Virus genome (UHGV): UHGV-1362024
Origin: a virus
Reading direction: 5' to 3' (one strand)
DNA length: 46,959 bases
This document shows, piece after piece, positions 11,277 to 19,234 of this stretch. A model generated the notes under the pieces. It ran no database searches and had not been told where the DNA came from. It worked only from the letters and a program-made list of their open reading frames with translations. Both the position numbers and the translations under genes were made by a program. Every line of letters begins with the position of its first letter. The stretch's first letter is position 1.

Positions 11277-11748
11277 TTGGTCAGATATTTTTTATTATTG
11301 TGATGGGGCTATTTACTGGAAGATAAGAACCTCAAACAGAGTGAAAATCGGAAGCGAGGTGAAGGCGGTAGGAGGCAATGGATATAAGATTGTTGGAATC
11401 TATGGCGTCAAGTATCTTGTTCATCGCATCATCTGGGAAATGCATAATGGGAAAATTCCTGACGGAATGCAGATTGATCATATAGACCACAATAAAACAA
11501 ATGATAAGATAGATAACCTCAGGCTTGTCACTCCAAAAGAGAATAATCACAACATGAAGTTCAGGGTGACAAACAAATCAGGTGTTACTGGTGTTTCATG
11601 GGATAAACAACATAAAAAATGGGCCTCAAACATAAAAGTTGATGGCGTAAAGATTCATCTTGGATTGTTTTCTGACTTAAATATGGCCGCTGAAGCAAGG
11701 AGAAAGGCGGAGGTTAAGTATGATTTTCATGAGAACCATGGTAAATGA
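11263..11748 (+). CDS. HNH homing endonuclease with AP2-type DNA-binding domain (paralog 1 of 3)
   Basis: HRIIWEMHNGKIPDGMQIDHIDHNKTNDKIDNLRLV and a C-terminal AP2-like segment (TGVSWDKQHKKWASNIKVDGVKIHLGLF). Paralogous to 25798-26319 and 36515-37000. Confidence 0.85.
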   Translation: MKITDWSDIFYYCDGAIYWKIRTSNRVKIGSEVKAVGGNGYKIVGIYGVKYLVHRIIWEMHNGKIPDGMQIDHIDHNKTNDKIDNLRLVTPKENNHNMKFRVTNKSGVTGVSWDKQHKKWASNIKVDGVKIHLGLFSDLNMAAEARRKAEVKYDFHENHGK

Positions 11749-11996
11749 TGATGGATAACGAAAATCGCTATGCCTGCGAGCAATACCTTGATGCACTGGT
11801 GACGCTGGAACTATCTGCAAAGTTCGCCATGCTCGAGCGCCGCCCGGTAAATGGCAGCATTAAGGCGTGCTGGCAGGCTATCAGGCCGCGAGTGACCAAT
11901 TACCTCAACCGGAAGATTTTCGACGGCGTGAGTCGCCAGGCAATGCCACGCGGTGCGCTATGCATGTTGCGCCGTCAGCTTGATGAGTGTGTATGA
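11745..11996 (+). CDS. Hypothetical protein
   Basis: 83-aa ORF coupled to the HNH gene by an ATGA overlap. Confidence 0.4.
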   Translation: MMMDNENRYACEQYLDALVTLELSAKFAMLERRPVNGSIKACWQAIRPRVTNYLNRKIFDGVSRQAMPRGALCMLRRQLDECV

Positions 11997-12014
11997 TGTT
12001 GCGGGAGAAAACCA

Positions 12015-12167
12015 ATGGTGGTTGACCAAACAGATGCTGATGTCATATCCGCCTATGCCGGACAGTGCATTGACATTAATTACGCGATTGCCATTCGCTT
12101 AAAGCGATCTGAGTTTATGGCTAATCTGATTTTGTGGGCGATTAAAAATAAGACGAGGAAGGCGTGA
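12015..12167 (+). CDS. Small hypothetical protein (50 aa)
   Basis: Unlisted ORF MVVDQTDADVISAYAGQCIDINYA... Confidence 0.25.
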   Translation: MVVDQTDADVISAYAGQCIDINYAIAIRLKRSEFMANLILWAIKNKTRKA

Positions 12168-12169
12168 TA

Positions 12170-12364
12170 ATGAGAGCCATTCATAAAATAAAAAAAGAAA
12201 GCCATGTGAACGAAATGATTGAATATTACGGCTGGATTTATGTCCATAAATTTAAATCTTCGCATGGTAACATGCGGAGGATAGCAAGAAGAATGGAGCG
12301 AGATGGCAAATTAAAGATGATATCTCAAGATAAGTTGTTTTTTAGATATGTCAGAACAGAATAA
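12170..12364 (+). CDS. Hypothetical protein (64 aa; listed with GTG start at 12164)
   Basis: RBS GAGGAAGG before ATG 12170; followed by a terminator. Confidence 0.4.
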   Translation: MRAIHKIKKESHVNEMIEYYGWIYVHKFKSSHGNMRRIARRMERDGKLKMISQDKLFFRYVRTE

Positions 12365-12390
12365 ACCCCCTTTCGGGGGTTTTTTTATTA
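12363..12390. terminator. Bidirectional rho-independent terminator (AAACCCCCTTTCGGGGGTTTTTTT)
   Basis: Perfect hairpin flanked by an A-run and a T-run between converging genes. Confidence 0.75.
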
Positions 12391-13140
12391 CGTAACGGTA
12401 ACAATACACTTGGTGGAGTCAACGTAATCAGGACTGGTTGCCGAATCCATCACGCGGCAGAAGTACGTGCCAGCATCACCTGCGGCAGCAGTGGTCTTGG
12501 TGAACGTGTTGGTAGTAGCACTGCTGATCGGCGAAGTGCCTTTATACCATTGGTAGGTATAAGGCTCGACACCGCCAGCCGCAACTACCGGACCGAGCGT
12601 CAGAGTGCTGCCAGTAGCAACGGTTTTGGCTTCACTGATATCAGTAGTCAGCGTCAAATCTTCGATGCTTGACACGTCAACTGTAGAGCCATCATATGGC
12701 TTGAATTCAACTGAGCCGGTGATAATGTCGTTGGTGCCGCCATCGTAGCTCAGAGCGGTAATGTTGCAGTAGGCAACAACAACGGTATTACCGGTGGTCT
12801 GACGCACCCACAGCGAAGGCTGACGACGAGCTTTTACTTCGGTGACAAAGTATTTGATGAGGTTATGTACGCCATACTCATCAGCCTTATCAGCCTTGCG
12901 AACCTCAAAATCACCAGAAATGGTGAGGTCTGCGGTAGTGACCAGCGTCGCAACAAAGCCATCGCCATCATCAGCCTCTGAGGTAGTGGTGCTTGGGCTG
13001 AAGTCGACGCCTTTTGAGGTCATTGGAGCAAAAAACTTCCAATCTTCCTCTGCTGGTACAGCATCCCAGCAGCCATCAGCCAGCTCGATGAGCGACTGGC
13101 GACCTGTGATGATGCCGTTATCATTTGCACAAATAGCCAT
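12388..13140 (-). CDS. Major tail protein with C-terminal Ig-like (Big_2-like) domain
   Basis: 250-aa ORF with strong RBS AGAGAGGA. C-terminus YQWYKGTSPISSATTNTFTK...GTYFCRV is Ig-like, as in lambda gpV-type tail tube proteins. Confidence 0.7.
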   Translation of the reverse strand: MAICANDNGIITGRQSLIELADGCWDAVPAEEDWKFFAPMTSKGVDFSPSTTTSEADDGDGFVATLVTTADLTISGDFEVRKADKADEYGVHNLIKYFVTEVKARRQPSLWVRQTTGNTVVVAYCNITALSYDGGTNDIITGSVEFKPYDGSTVDVSSIEDLTLTTDISEAKTVATGSTLTLGPVVAAGGVEPYTYQWYKGTSPISSATTNTFTKTTAAAGDAGTYFCRVMDSATSPDYVDSTKCIVTVT

Positions 13141-13174
13141 GTTTAGAATCCTCTCTGTTTAGCTAAACAATCGC

Positions 13175-13183
13175 ATTATATCA
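13175..13183 (-). promoter_or_regulatory. Extended -10 promoter (TGATATAAT on minus strand) for the major tail gene
   Basis: The minus strand reads gtcaacaTGATATAATgcg 35 nt upstream of the ATG. Confidence 0.5.
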
Positions 13184-13185
13184 TG

Positions 13186-13214
13186 TTGACAGGTTTTGAT
13201 TGGTGGTGTAGATT
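13186..13214 (+). promoter_or_regulatory. Sigma70-type promoter TTGACA-17-TAGATT driving the structured-RNA/tRNA unit
   Basis: TTGACAggttttgattggtggtgTAGATT, back-to-back with the minus-strand extended -10 element. Confidence 0.5.
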
Positions 13215-13285
13215 TAACTTGCTGGTCGCAGAATGCAGGAAGATTGACAGGTGGCATTCGGATTTACTGTTAATTTGAGACGCCA

Positions 13286-13900
13286 GCAACTATCAGGTAA
13301 GAGCGCTGTTAAGTAGCTTCAGGGGACATCCCCGCACAGGTGACGACTTATGCGCAAAAGTAGATGTGGTAAGGCTTAAAGCGCTCTTTCCGATAGTTTT
13401 CGTGGCGACTTTGCGGGTTTTTAGAAACTGACCACAAAGATAAATGCAAACGAAGAAATGTATCTGGCAGTAGCCTAACGGCTAAACACCAGCAAGGCCT
13501 TCCGACTCCTTGTCAATGAATTCGGCGCACTGGCCCGGTGTGATTAATAATGGGCACACAACAGGTAAGAGCATTGGGTTAGCGCAGCAGAGCAACCGTT
13601 AAAGTAGAGTCATAATCGAAAAGACGATTCTGTTTGGTCGATGCAATGAGTGCTCTTTCCGTTGTGGTGAATGCGCAGGCTGATGCGATGGTTTAGGGTG
13701 GGCGGTTTCCCATGCCTTTCCGGACTCGAGCGGAAAAACCGATTCACTAAGGGTAGGCAACGCCAGAGAACAGCACCGGCCACCACAACAAGACCAGACG
13801 ATATATGAGTGTCTTAAAAAACAGATGGGAGCCGGTGGAATCCCGGCACACAACAGGTAAATCAATTTACCACCTTTGAGTTGTACGATTCATGTGGTTA
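13286..13900 (+). repeat. Array of three diverged 270-285 bp direct-repeat units, each starting near ACAGGTAA(G)AGC and containing a roughly 95-nt imperfect palindrome (AAGAGC...GCTCTT); candidate structured ncRNAs
   Basis: Unit anchors at 13293, 13562 and 13846. Long-range inverted repeats are AAGAGCGCTGTTAAG...CTTAAAGCGCTCTT and AAGAGCATTG...CAATGAGTGCTCTT. The AAGTAGA motif recurs. No credible ORF is present. Confidence 0.3.
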
Positions 13901-13919
13901 AGTGAGTTGGTTTATCGTT

Positions 13920-14047
13920 GTGGTGAAGCTCAACGGCGAGCTAGGGAATAGTTTTGCGGTGAAGATTCCGGATAAGTAACCGCAGGATGCGCGTAACCCA
14001 ATCAGCAGCGCACTGATGGAAGGTGGTTCGACTCCACTCACCACAAC
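13920..14047 (+). ncRNA. tRNA-like element (about 126 nt): perfect 7-bp acceptor stem TGTGGTG/CACCACA, D-arm GCTC/GAGC, T-arm GGTGG-TTCGACT-CCACT, with an oversized central region
   Basis: Hand-folded; no canonical anticodon arm identified. Possibly a degenerate tRNA or stable RNA. Confidence 0.25.
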
Positions 14048-14052
14048 ACAAC

Positions 14053-14129
14053 GCACCATTAGCTCATCAGGATAGAGCAATTGCCTTCTAAGCAATCGGT
14101 AACTGGTTCGAATCCAGTATGGTGCACCA
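14053..14129 (+). tRNA. tRNA-Arg (anticodon TCT), CCA encoded
   Basis: Manual cloverleaf. Acceptor GCACCAT/ATGGTGC (7 WC pairs), D-stem GCTC/GAGC, anticodon stem ATTGC/GCAAT with loop CTTCTAA, T-arm ACTGG-TTCGAAT-CCAGT, discriminator A. Confidence 0.8.
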
Positions 14130-14132
14130 AAT

Positions 14133-14209
14133 TCCCGTTTAGCTTAACTGGTTAAAGCACCCGACTCATAATCGGATGATTACAGGTTCGAATCCTGTCG
14201 CGGGAACCA
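14133..14209 (+). tRNA. tRNA-Met (anticodon CAT), CCA encoded; two stem mismatches
   Basis: Acceptor TCCCGTT/CGCGGGA (one GU, one mismatch), D-stem GCTT/AAGC, anticodon loop CTCATAA, T-arm ACAGG-TTCGAAT-CCTGT. Confidence 0.55.
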
Positions 14210-14593
14210 TCACTCACCAAAAACAACCCTCAGCAACAATTCATAAACAGGCCTTTTCTCTGTCGTAAGCGTAGGGCGGCCAAGCGGCGCCTGCAACTGA
14301 ATCATTCCAATACGACTATCAACTGGATGCTCTTTGATGTATGCGATGACATCAAGCGCTTTTGCCTTTGTTTCTTCGATGTTGTACTGGCCCTGCTGGC
14401 CGACAACATAGAGCGAAAAATAATAATCATTGCTGAGGTCTTTGCTTACGTTCGTGCCGCCATTGGATTGCAGCACCATAAACCGATCTGTGCCAACTTC
14501 GGTATCGTTCCAGAACTCAAGCTGAGAAGTCCACCCATCATAAAGACCGGCATCGCTAAGGTACTGGTCAACAAGCTCAAGCATATCTCTCAT
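14210..14593 (-). CDS. Putative neck / tail terminator-type protein
   Basis: 127-aa ORF in the head-tail joining block; assignment by position only. Confidence 0.35.
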   Translation of the reverse strand: MRDMLELVDQYLSDAGLYDGWTSQLEFWNDTEVGTDRFMVLQSNGGTNVSKDLSNDYYFSLYVVGQQGQYNIEETKAKALDVIAYIKEHPVDSRIGMIQLQAPLGRPTLTTEKRPVYELLLRVVFGE

Positions 14594-15006
14594 TTTAGCG
14601 TCATCTCTTTTTTAATTACCTGATCGACAAGTTCGCGTGTGTTTTCGCCAGCCTTGAGAAGGAATTTAGGCTCGCCGCTTTTATCCCACACGTTACCCTT
14701 TCCTTTGAGCCGTCCTGTGCGCGGCGTATTCGTGCCAAGCAATTTACCTGGTGCATTATGGACATACAGGGCGTAATTAGCGGAATACCCAATCTTGCCA
14801 GTTATGCGAGTGCCATTAACCTCAACGGTGTCATACTGGCTGTTTATCAGCGTTGACGTGGCTACTGGCGTCATGGAGGCCGATTCAGTCCTGATGATGT
14901 AGTTGGCGGCTTTTATTGCTGATACCGCCTTCTCGCCAGTAATCTCGCCGACTATCTGCTGGGTGCGCTTAATCGCCTGCTGGATACCTCGCATTTTGGC
15001 GGCCAT
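14590..15006 (-). CDS. Putative head-tail joining protein (HK97 gp10-like size and position)
   Basis: 138-aa ORF, translationally coupled to its neighbours. Confidence 0.35.
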   Translation of the reverse strand: MAAKMRGIQQAIKRTQQIVGEITGEKAVSAIKAANYIIRTESASMTPVATSTLINSQYDTVEVNGTRITGKIGYSANYALYVHNAPGKLLGTNTPRTGRLKGKGNVWDKSGEPKFLLKAGENTRELVDQVIKKEMTLK

Positions 15007-15009
15007 ACA

Positions 15010-15354
15010 TTACCCCGTTACCAGCGCAAAATCAGGTAGGTCATTGCGGTCTAGCGTATTGCCGTAATTCACGATGCTTCTAATCTGGTCAGCTCCGGCG
15101 GCCAGCGGGTCAGCACTGGTAATGGTGCCAAGCATGATGAAGTCGCCAACAGACGCATCCTGGTATTCCGTCCAGAATGTGTTTTTCTGTGCAATCTCAT
15201 TGCCAGCTGTGCCGGTGGTTAGGTTCTTATCGAAGCCATAATCACACATGATGGACTCTGGCGCGGCGAATGTTGGCTTGCCATATTTATCCTTGCCAGT
15301 AAGCCGCCAGATTGTGCATGGCTGCGTATAGCTCCATCTTGCTATTGCTGACAT
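15010..15354 (-). CDS. Putative head-tail connector protein
   Basis: 114-aa ORF in the neck block. Confidence 0.3.
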   Translation of the reverse strand: MSAIARWSYTQPCTIWRLTGKDKYGKPTFAAPESIMCDYGFDKNLTTGTAGNEIAQKNTFWTEYQDASVGDFIMLGTITSADPLAAGADQIRSIVNYGNTLDRNDLPDFALVTG

Positions 15355-15472
15355 GGTGCGGCCTCAAGAGTATAAACCCAGCGCGGAACAGGAAGGCGCA
15401 GCAACACCAGAATAACCAGCAACGGCATGCACCATTTACGGATTGCGATATTTACAGTTAATATTGACGTTT

Positions 15473-15865
15473 TCATCTACAGTTACTCCCGGCGACAACC
15501 CGAAACCACGGCTTTGCTGCCCCATCAGGCTCTTCTACAAGGTCGCCTGTGCAGTCTGCCGTATCGAGTAGCTTCATCTGATTGTAAAGGGCCATCCACG
15601 GCTTACTGCCATAGCCAAATGACTGCGACGCACCAGATGGCGCCCGGTGGCTGGTTATGTATCTTCCGGCTGTATTTGAGGCGATAAGGATTGAGGCCCA
15701 TAGCAGAATTGCATCCTGCCTACATGTGTCTTCAGGGTAATTAAGCTCAAGACACTCTGTGATGCTCGCCACCAGACACAGGATTCCCGTTGCGTCTGCT
15801 GTGGTGATAGTCACGCCTCTTGACGCCATGGCGGCGACAAGTTCACTTGCTGTCGGTGCTGCCAT
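15473..15865 (-). CDS. Putative head-tail adaptor; the listed ORF extends to 15934 but overlaps the upstream gene, so the internal Met (MAAPTASELV) is likely
   Basis: 153-aa listed ORF; an internal start removes a 90-nt overlap. Confidence 0.3.
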   Translation of the reverse strand: MAAPTASELVAAMASRGVTITTADATGILCLVASITECLELNYPEDTCRQDAILLWASILIASNTAGRYITSHRAPSGASQSFGYGSKPWMALYNQMKLLDTADCTGDLVEEPDGAAKPWFRVVAGSNCR

Positions 15866-16130
15866 TCTTTTTGCTCTCCCGAATCTTCCACCACATCTCA
15901 AAAAGGTTTTTTGCCACCAGTGACAGCGCGCCAAGTATAGAGGCTACCGCTGCCCACTCGGTAATCGAATGGGGGATCATTGAGGCAATGTATGATTGTG
16001 CGACCGGCGTCTGCTCTGCCACCTTCAGGCCAAGACCCGTGCCGATGGAGGTATAACCGGCTTTGTCGATTACCTGGCCGACAGTGCCACTAATTATCTG
16101 GTTTGCGGCGTGCTGAAGCGCGTCTCTCAT
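15843..16130 (-). CDS. Small membrane-anchored protein (C-terminal TM helix), first gene of the neck operon
   Basis: 95 aa with WAAVASILGALSLVAKNLF followed by a charged tail; RBS GGAG. Confidence 0.4.
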   Translation of the reverse strand: MRDALQHAANQIISGTVGQVIDKAGYTSIGTGLGLKVAEQTPVAQSYIASMIPHSITEWAAVASILGALSLVAKNLFEMWWKIRESKKNGSTDSK

Positions 16131-16275
16131 TAATTATTCTCCGAATGATGAACTTCCAGCATCTATACACCTGAACCAGCGAAAGCGCCATGACGATAAC
16201 GCCGATTGCTATATCCAATTTCGCCGCCTTACGTTTTTCAGGACGGAACAGCGCGGGTTGAGTGTTGTTGGTTTA

Positions 16276-16320
16276 ATTTTATCATAAAGTGTTGACGTAG
16301 ATTGAGGGTGTCGCTATAGT
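16276..16320. promoter_or_regulatory. Bidirectional promoter module: minus-strand extended -10 (TGATAAAAT) back-to-back with plus-strand TTGACGTAGATTGA-N10-TATAGT (copy 2)
   Basis: ATTTTATCAtaaagtgTTGACGtagattgagggtgtcgcTATAGTgatgacgtagaaac. TTGACG-17-TATAGT is a near-consensus sigma70 promoter, and a second GACGTAGA copy sits at about +1. Confidence 0.6.
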
Positions 16321-16360
16321 GATGACGTAGAAACAACAATAAATGTTAGAGGTGATGAAG

Positions 16361-16660
16361 ATGAATGAATTAAAAGGTACGCCGGGGTCGTGGGAAGTCG
16401 AAGATAACGGTTATTTTTATGACATTAACGCGGTGCGCGGAACTGTTGGGAATGTTTGCTCATCCGCAAGTTGGTTTGATAATGATGAGCATCGCGGTCC
16501 GGTGGCAATGGCAAATGCGCAACTCATCGCTGCCGCGCCGGAGTTGCTGGAAGCATTGCAAAATATGGTTGAAGCATATCAGTATGAGGCGTCAATTGAT
16601 AACCCAGCATTGCTGTCAGCGCGTGCCGCAATCGCGAAAGCACTCGGAGAATCCAAATGA
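16361..16660 (+). CDS. Hypothetical protein (listed from 16343; ATG 16361 has a better-spaced RBS GAGGTG)
   Basis: First gene of the plus-strand operon. Confidence 0.45.
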   Translation: MNELKGTPGSWEVEDNGYFYDINAVRGTVGNVCSSASWFDNDEHRGPVAMANAQLIAAAPELLEALQNMVEAYQYEASIDNPALLSARAAIAKALGESK

Positions 16661-16773
16661 TCCACCACGAAATACGAAAAGAAGACCTGAAGGCGTGGGA
16701 TAAGTTCAAAATCAAGCTGGCGTTAATCGTTATCGGATTCGCCATTGCCAGTGCAATCTGTTTATCAAAGTGA
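16657..16773 (+). CDS. Small membrane peptide (38 aa)
   Basis: Unlisted ORF MIHHEIRKEDLKAWDKFKIKLALIVIGFAIASAICLSK; ATGA-coupled to the upstream gene. Confidence 0.3.
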   Translation: MIHHEIRKEDLKAWDKFKIKLALIVIGFAIASAICLSK

Positions 16774-16780
16774 GGGGAAG

Positions 16781-17596
16781 ATGACATCTCTCGGAAAAAT
16801 TTACTCAGACAAAGAAACTCGCGGCGGAATCGTGGTCAACAAAGGTTATCAGGTCCCTGTCGACCAGCTTTACCTTGAGCCGGGGTACAACATCCGCGAA
16901 GCCGATGAGCAGCACGTTGAATACTTCGCGCAGTGTTGGGAATCAGGACAGCCAATCCCGGCGTTAACTGTTATTCCTGATTCCGACGGAAAGCGCATCA
17001 AGATTCTTGACGGCCAGCATCGTTACCTTGGAGCACTGCGTGCCATTGAGCGCGGCGTGCCAATTGCGCGAATTGAGTGCAAAGACTTCACCGGCGATGA
17101 GGCGGATAAAATCGCCTTCATGGTGTCTTCAAGTCAGGGCAAGCAACTCGACCCGCTTGAGCGTGCAAAGGCTTATGTGCGCCTCAAAGGGTTCGGGTGG
17201 ACGAATGAAGAAATCGCCAAGAAGGTCGGGCGCTCTGTGTCTGATGTGCAAATGCACCTGTCACTTGGTGATGTACCTGATGCCATCAAGCAGCGTATCA
17301 ATGCAGGCCAAATCAGCTATGCCAACGCCGTTGCGGTCGCACGTGAGCATGGCGATGATGCCGTTAACGTTATTGATGCCGCCGTTGAGGAAGCGAAAGC
17401 GCAGGGCAAAGATAAGGTGACGGCTAAAACGCTCAAGGCCAAAAAAGTTAAGCCGATTGACCGCCTGATTCAGTTGCTGAAAGAAGCAGACCATATGGTT
17501 GTCGCTGAGGGTCATGTTGCGCAGGAGACAGAAGAATTTTTGCGCCTTCCTTCCGCTGAGTTGAGTGAAGTTCTGGCTATTCTGGAGAAGCTGTGA
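16781..17596 (+). CDS. ParB-like nuclease domain protein (ParB/Srx N-terminal domain)
   Basis: KILDGQHRYLGA motif (DGxHR box). Listed from 16745, but ATG 16781 has RBS GAGGGG. Confidence 0.75.
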   Translation: MTSLGKIYSDKETRGGIVVNKGYQVPVDQLYLEPGYNIREADEQHVEYFAQCWESGQPIPALTVIPDSDGKRIKILDGQHRYLGALRAIERGVPIARIECKDFTGDEADKIAFMVSSSQGKQLDPLERAKAYVRLKGFGWTNEEIAKKVGRSVSDVQMHLSLGDVPDAIKQRINAGQISYANAVAVAREHGDDAVNVIDAAVEEAKAQGKDKVTAKTLKAKKVKPIDRLIQLLKEADHMVVAEGHVAQETEEFLRLPSAELSEVLAILEKL

Positions 17597-18525
17597 TGAC
17601 AGCCAGCTACTACAACGAATGGGACGCAAGTGCAGCGGCGTGGCTGCGAGAGTTAATTAACAATAAACTAATTCCTTACGGATATGTCGATGAACGATCA
17701 ATCACCGAAGTCACCCCTTCAGACCTGGAAGGATTTACACAGTGTCACTTCTTTGCCGGAATCGGAGGGTGGCCCCTTGCACTCCAGTTGGCTGGAATAC
17801 CAGCAAGCACTCAGCTCTGGACAGGATCACCACCTTGCCAGCCGTTTAGCGTTGCCGGTAAGTCTCTCGGATTTGACGACGAGCGGCACCTTGCCCCAGC
17901 ATTTCTCAGGCTCATCAGAGAGTGCAAGCCTCAATTGCTGTTTGGAGAGCAGGTTGCGGCAGCAATTGGAAAGCACTGGCTCGATTTTGTATTCCTTAAC
18001 CTGGAAGACAAAGGCTACGCCTGCGGGTCGGCAGTATTGCCAGCGTGCAGCGTCGGTGCACCACACAAACGCGACAGACTTTTCTTCGGCGCGATGCAAC
18101 TGGGCGACACCAATAGTGAACGACACAACTGGCAGCACGCATTGCTACAGCGGGAAGGACAGAAAGATATGCCTGAAGCTACCTGGACAGGCGAAGCTGG
18201 CCGCATTGCCCAGCCCAACTGCGAACAGCAACGACAGGGCTGCTGCACCAGAAAACGCACTAACTATGTATCGGAAGGACGGGAGCAAGATACAACAGCG
18301 TCTGCAGGATTTTGCAGCGATAACGCAACCAATCCGCATCACGGATTCTGGTCAGATGCTGACTGGCTCGGATGCAGGGATGGACAGTTCCGGCCAGTTG
18401 AACCCGGCACATTCCCGCTGGCTAATGGGATTCCCGCCAGGGTGGGACGACTGCGCGGTTATGGCAATGCCATCGTCCCGCAAGTCGCAGCGGAATTCAT
18501 TAAAGCATTCATGAGGTCAGTTTAA
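17593..18525 (+). CDS. DNA (cytosine-5)-methyltransferase
   Basis: Motif I FAGIGG, motif IV PCQPFS (catalytic Cys), motif VI-like FGEQV, motif VIII-like PHKRDRLFF, motif X GNAIVPQV. ATGA-coupled to ParB. Confidence 0.85.
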   Translation: MMTASYYNEWDASAAAWLRELINNKLIPYGYVDERSITEVTPSDLEGFTQCHFFAGIGGWPLALQLAGIPASTQLWTGSPPCQPFSVAGKSLGFDDERHLAPAFLRLIRECKPQLLFGEQVAAAIGKHWLDFVFLNLEDKGYACGSAVLPACSVGAPHKRDRLFFGAMQLGDTNSERHNWQHALLQREGQKDMPEATWTGEAGRIAQPNCEQQRQGCCTRKRTNYVSEGREQDTTASAGFCSDNATNPHHGFWSDADWLGCRDGQFRPVEPGTFPLANGIPARVGRLRGYGNAIVPQVAAEFIKAFMRSV

Positions 18526-18698
18526 TGAACCCCGAGCAATTCATAGAGAAAAACCTGCGCGAAAAACTGCCAGGCATCGACAACGCGGCTATAGAGGCCG
18601 CAATTACCCACTACAGGAGCAACCAGAGTGAAAAGAATGGCAAGATTTTCGATGAATGCCTGAAGGTTGCAAAACAACACATGATAAAGGTGAAGTGA
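18525..18698 (+). CDS. Small hypothetical protein (57 aa)
   Basis: Unlisted ORF MNPEQFIEKNLREKLPGIDNAAIEA...; coupled by TAATG to the upstream gene and GTGATGA to the downstream gene. Confidence 0.3.
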   Translation: MNPEQFIEKNLREKLPGIDNAAIEAAITHYRSNQSEKNGKIFDECLKVAKQHMIKVK

Positions 18699-19234
18699 TG
18701 AAATTAAAAGTTAGCAAGTTACTCCTTGAAGGTGCTTTGATATTTCAAGCCAAACAGGATGTGCGTTACTACCTGAATGGCATTTGCTTTATGCCTGATG
18801 GTCGAGTTGCCGCTACTGACGGTCATCGCGCCATGATTGCCAGTAAGCACGAAAACAAGATAAAAAGTAACGTCATCGTATCGGTAAGCAAGTCGCCAAC
18901 TAAGCGTTATGCGCATGCGCTACTGGACACCAAAACAGGTATTGTTACTTACCATGACGAGCATGAAATCATGGTAGGCGCAGGTATCTGCTCTGAGATT
19001 AATGGCCGATTCCCTGATATTGATCGCGTCATTCCTAAGCAGACCGCACCAACGGAACAGATTGGCTTTAATGCCAAATACCTGGAAGATGTTGAGAAGC
19101 TGGCGAAGTTGTTTAACCCGAAATTTGAAGCGGTGCTATTTGAGTTGAATGGCAACACCAGCGCCGCCGTCGCAAACATCAGTGCGCCTACTGGCGAGAC
19201 TGCAAAAGTTATCGTTATGCCAATGAGGATTTAG
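18698..19234 (+). CDS. Truncated DNA polymerase III beta sliding-clamp (DnaN) homolog, 178 aa
   Basis: QDVRYYLNGICF..ATDGHR matches E. coli beta QDVRYYLNGMLF..ATDGHR (domain II start). INGRFPDIDRVIPK matches VDGRFPDYRRVLPK. IGFNAKYLEDV matches IGFNVSYVLDV. The C-terminus KVIVMPMRI matches YVVMPMRL. Listed from 18656; ATG 18698 has RBS AAGGTGA. Confidence 0.75.
   Translation: MKLKVSKLLLEGALIFQAKQDVRYYLNGICFMPDGRVAATDGHRAMIASKHENKIKSNVIVSVSKSPTKRYAHALLDTKTGIVTYHDEHEIMVGAGICSEINGRFPDIDRVIPKQTAPTEQIGFNAKYLEDVEKLAKLFNPKFEAVLFELNGNTSAAVANISAPTGETAKVIVMPMRI

Noticed and set aside
13599-14095. Minus-strand ORFs 13599-13865 and 13898-14095
   Set aside because: They overlap the structured-RNA repeats and the tRNA genes; composition is atypical and no RBS is present.
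15362-15473. 37-codon hydrophobic minus-strand ORF (MKTSILTVNIAIRKWCMPLLVILVLLRLPVPRWVYTL) in the gap between neck genes
   Set aside because: No convincing RBS; could be a small membrane peptide, but the evidence is too thin to call.
17684-18514. 276-aa alternative-frame ORF overlapping the methyltransferase gene, and ORF 17007-17420 inside ParB
   Set aside because: The methyltransferase and ParB frames carry clear catalytic motifs; the overlapping frames are Ser/Pro/Arg-rich with no motifs.
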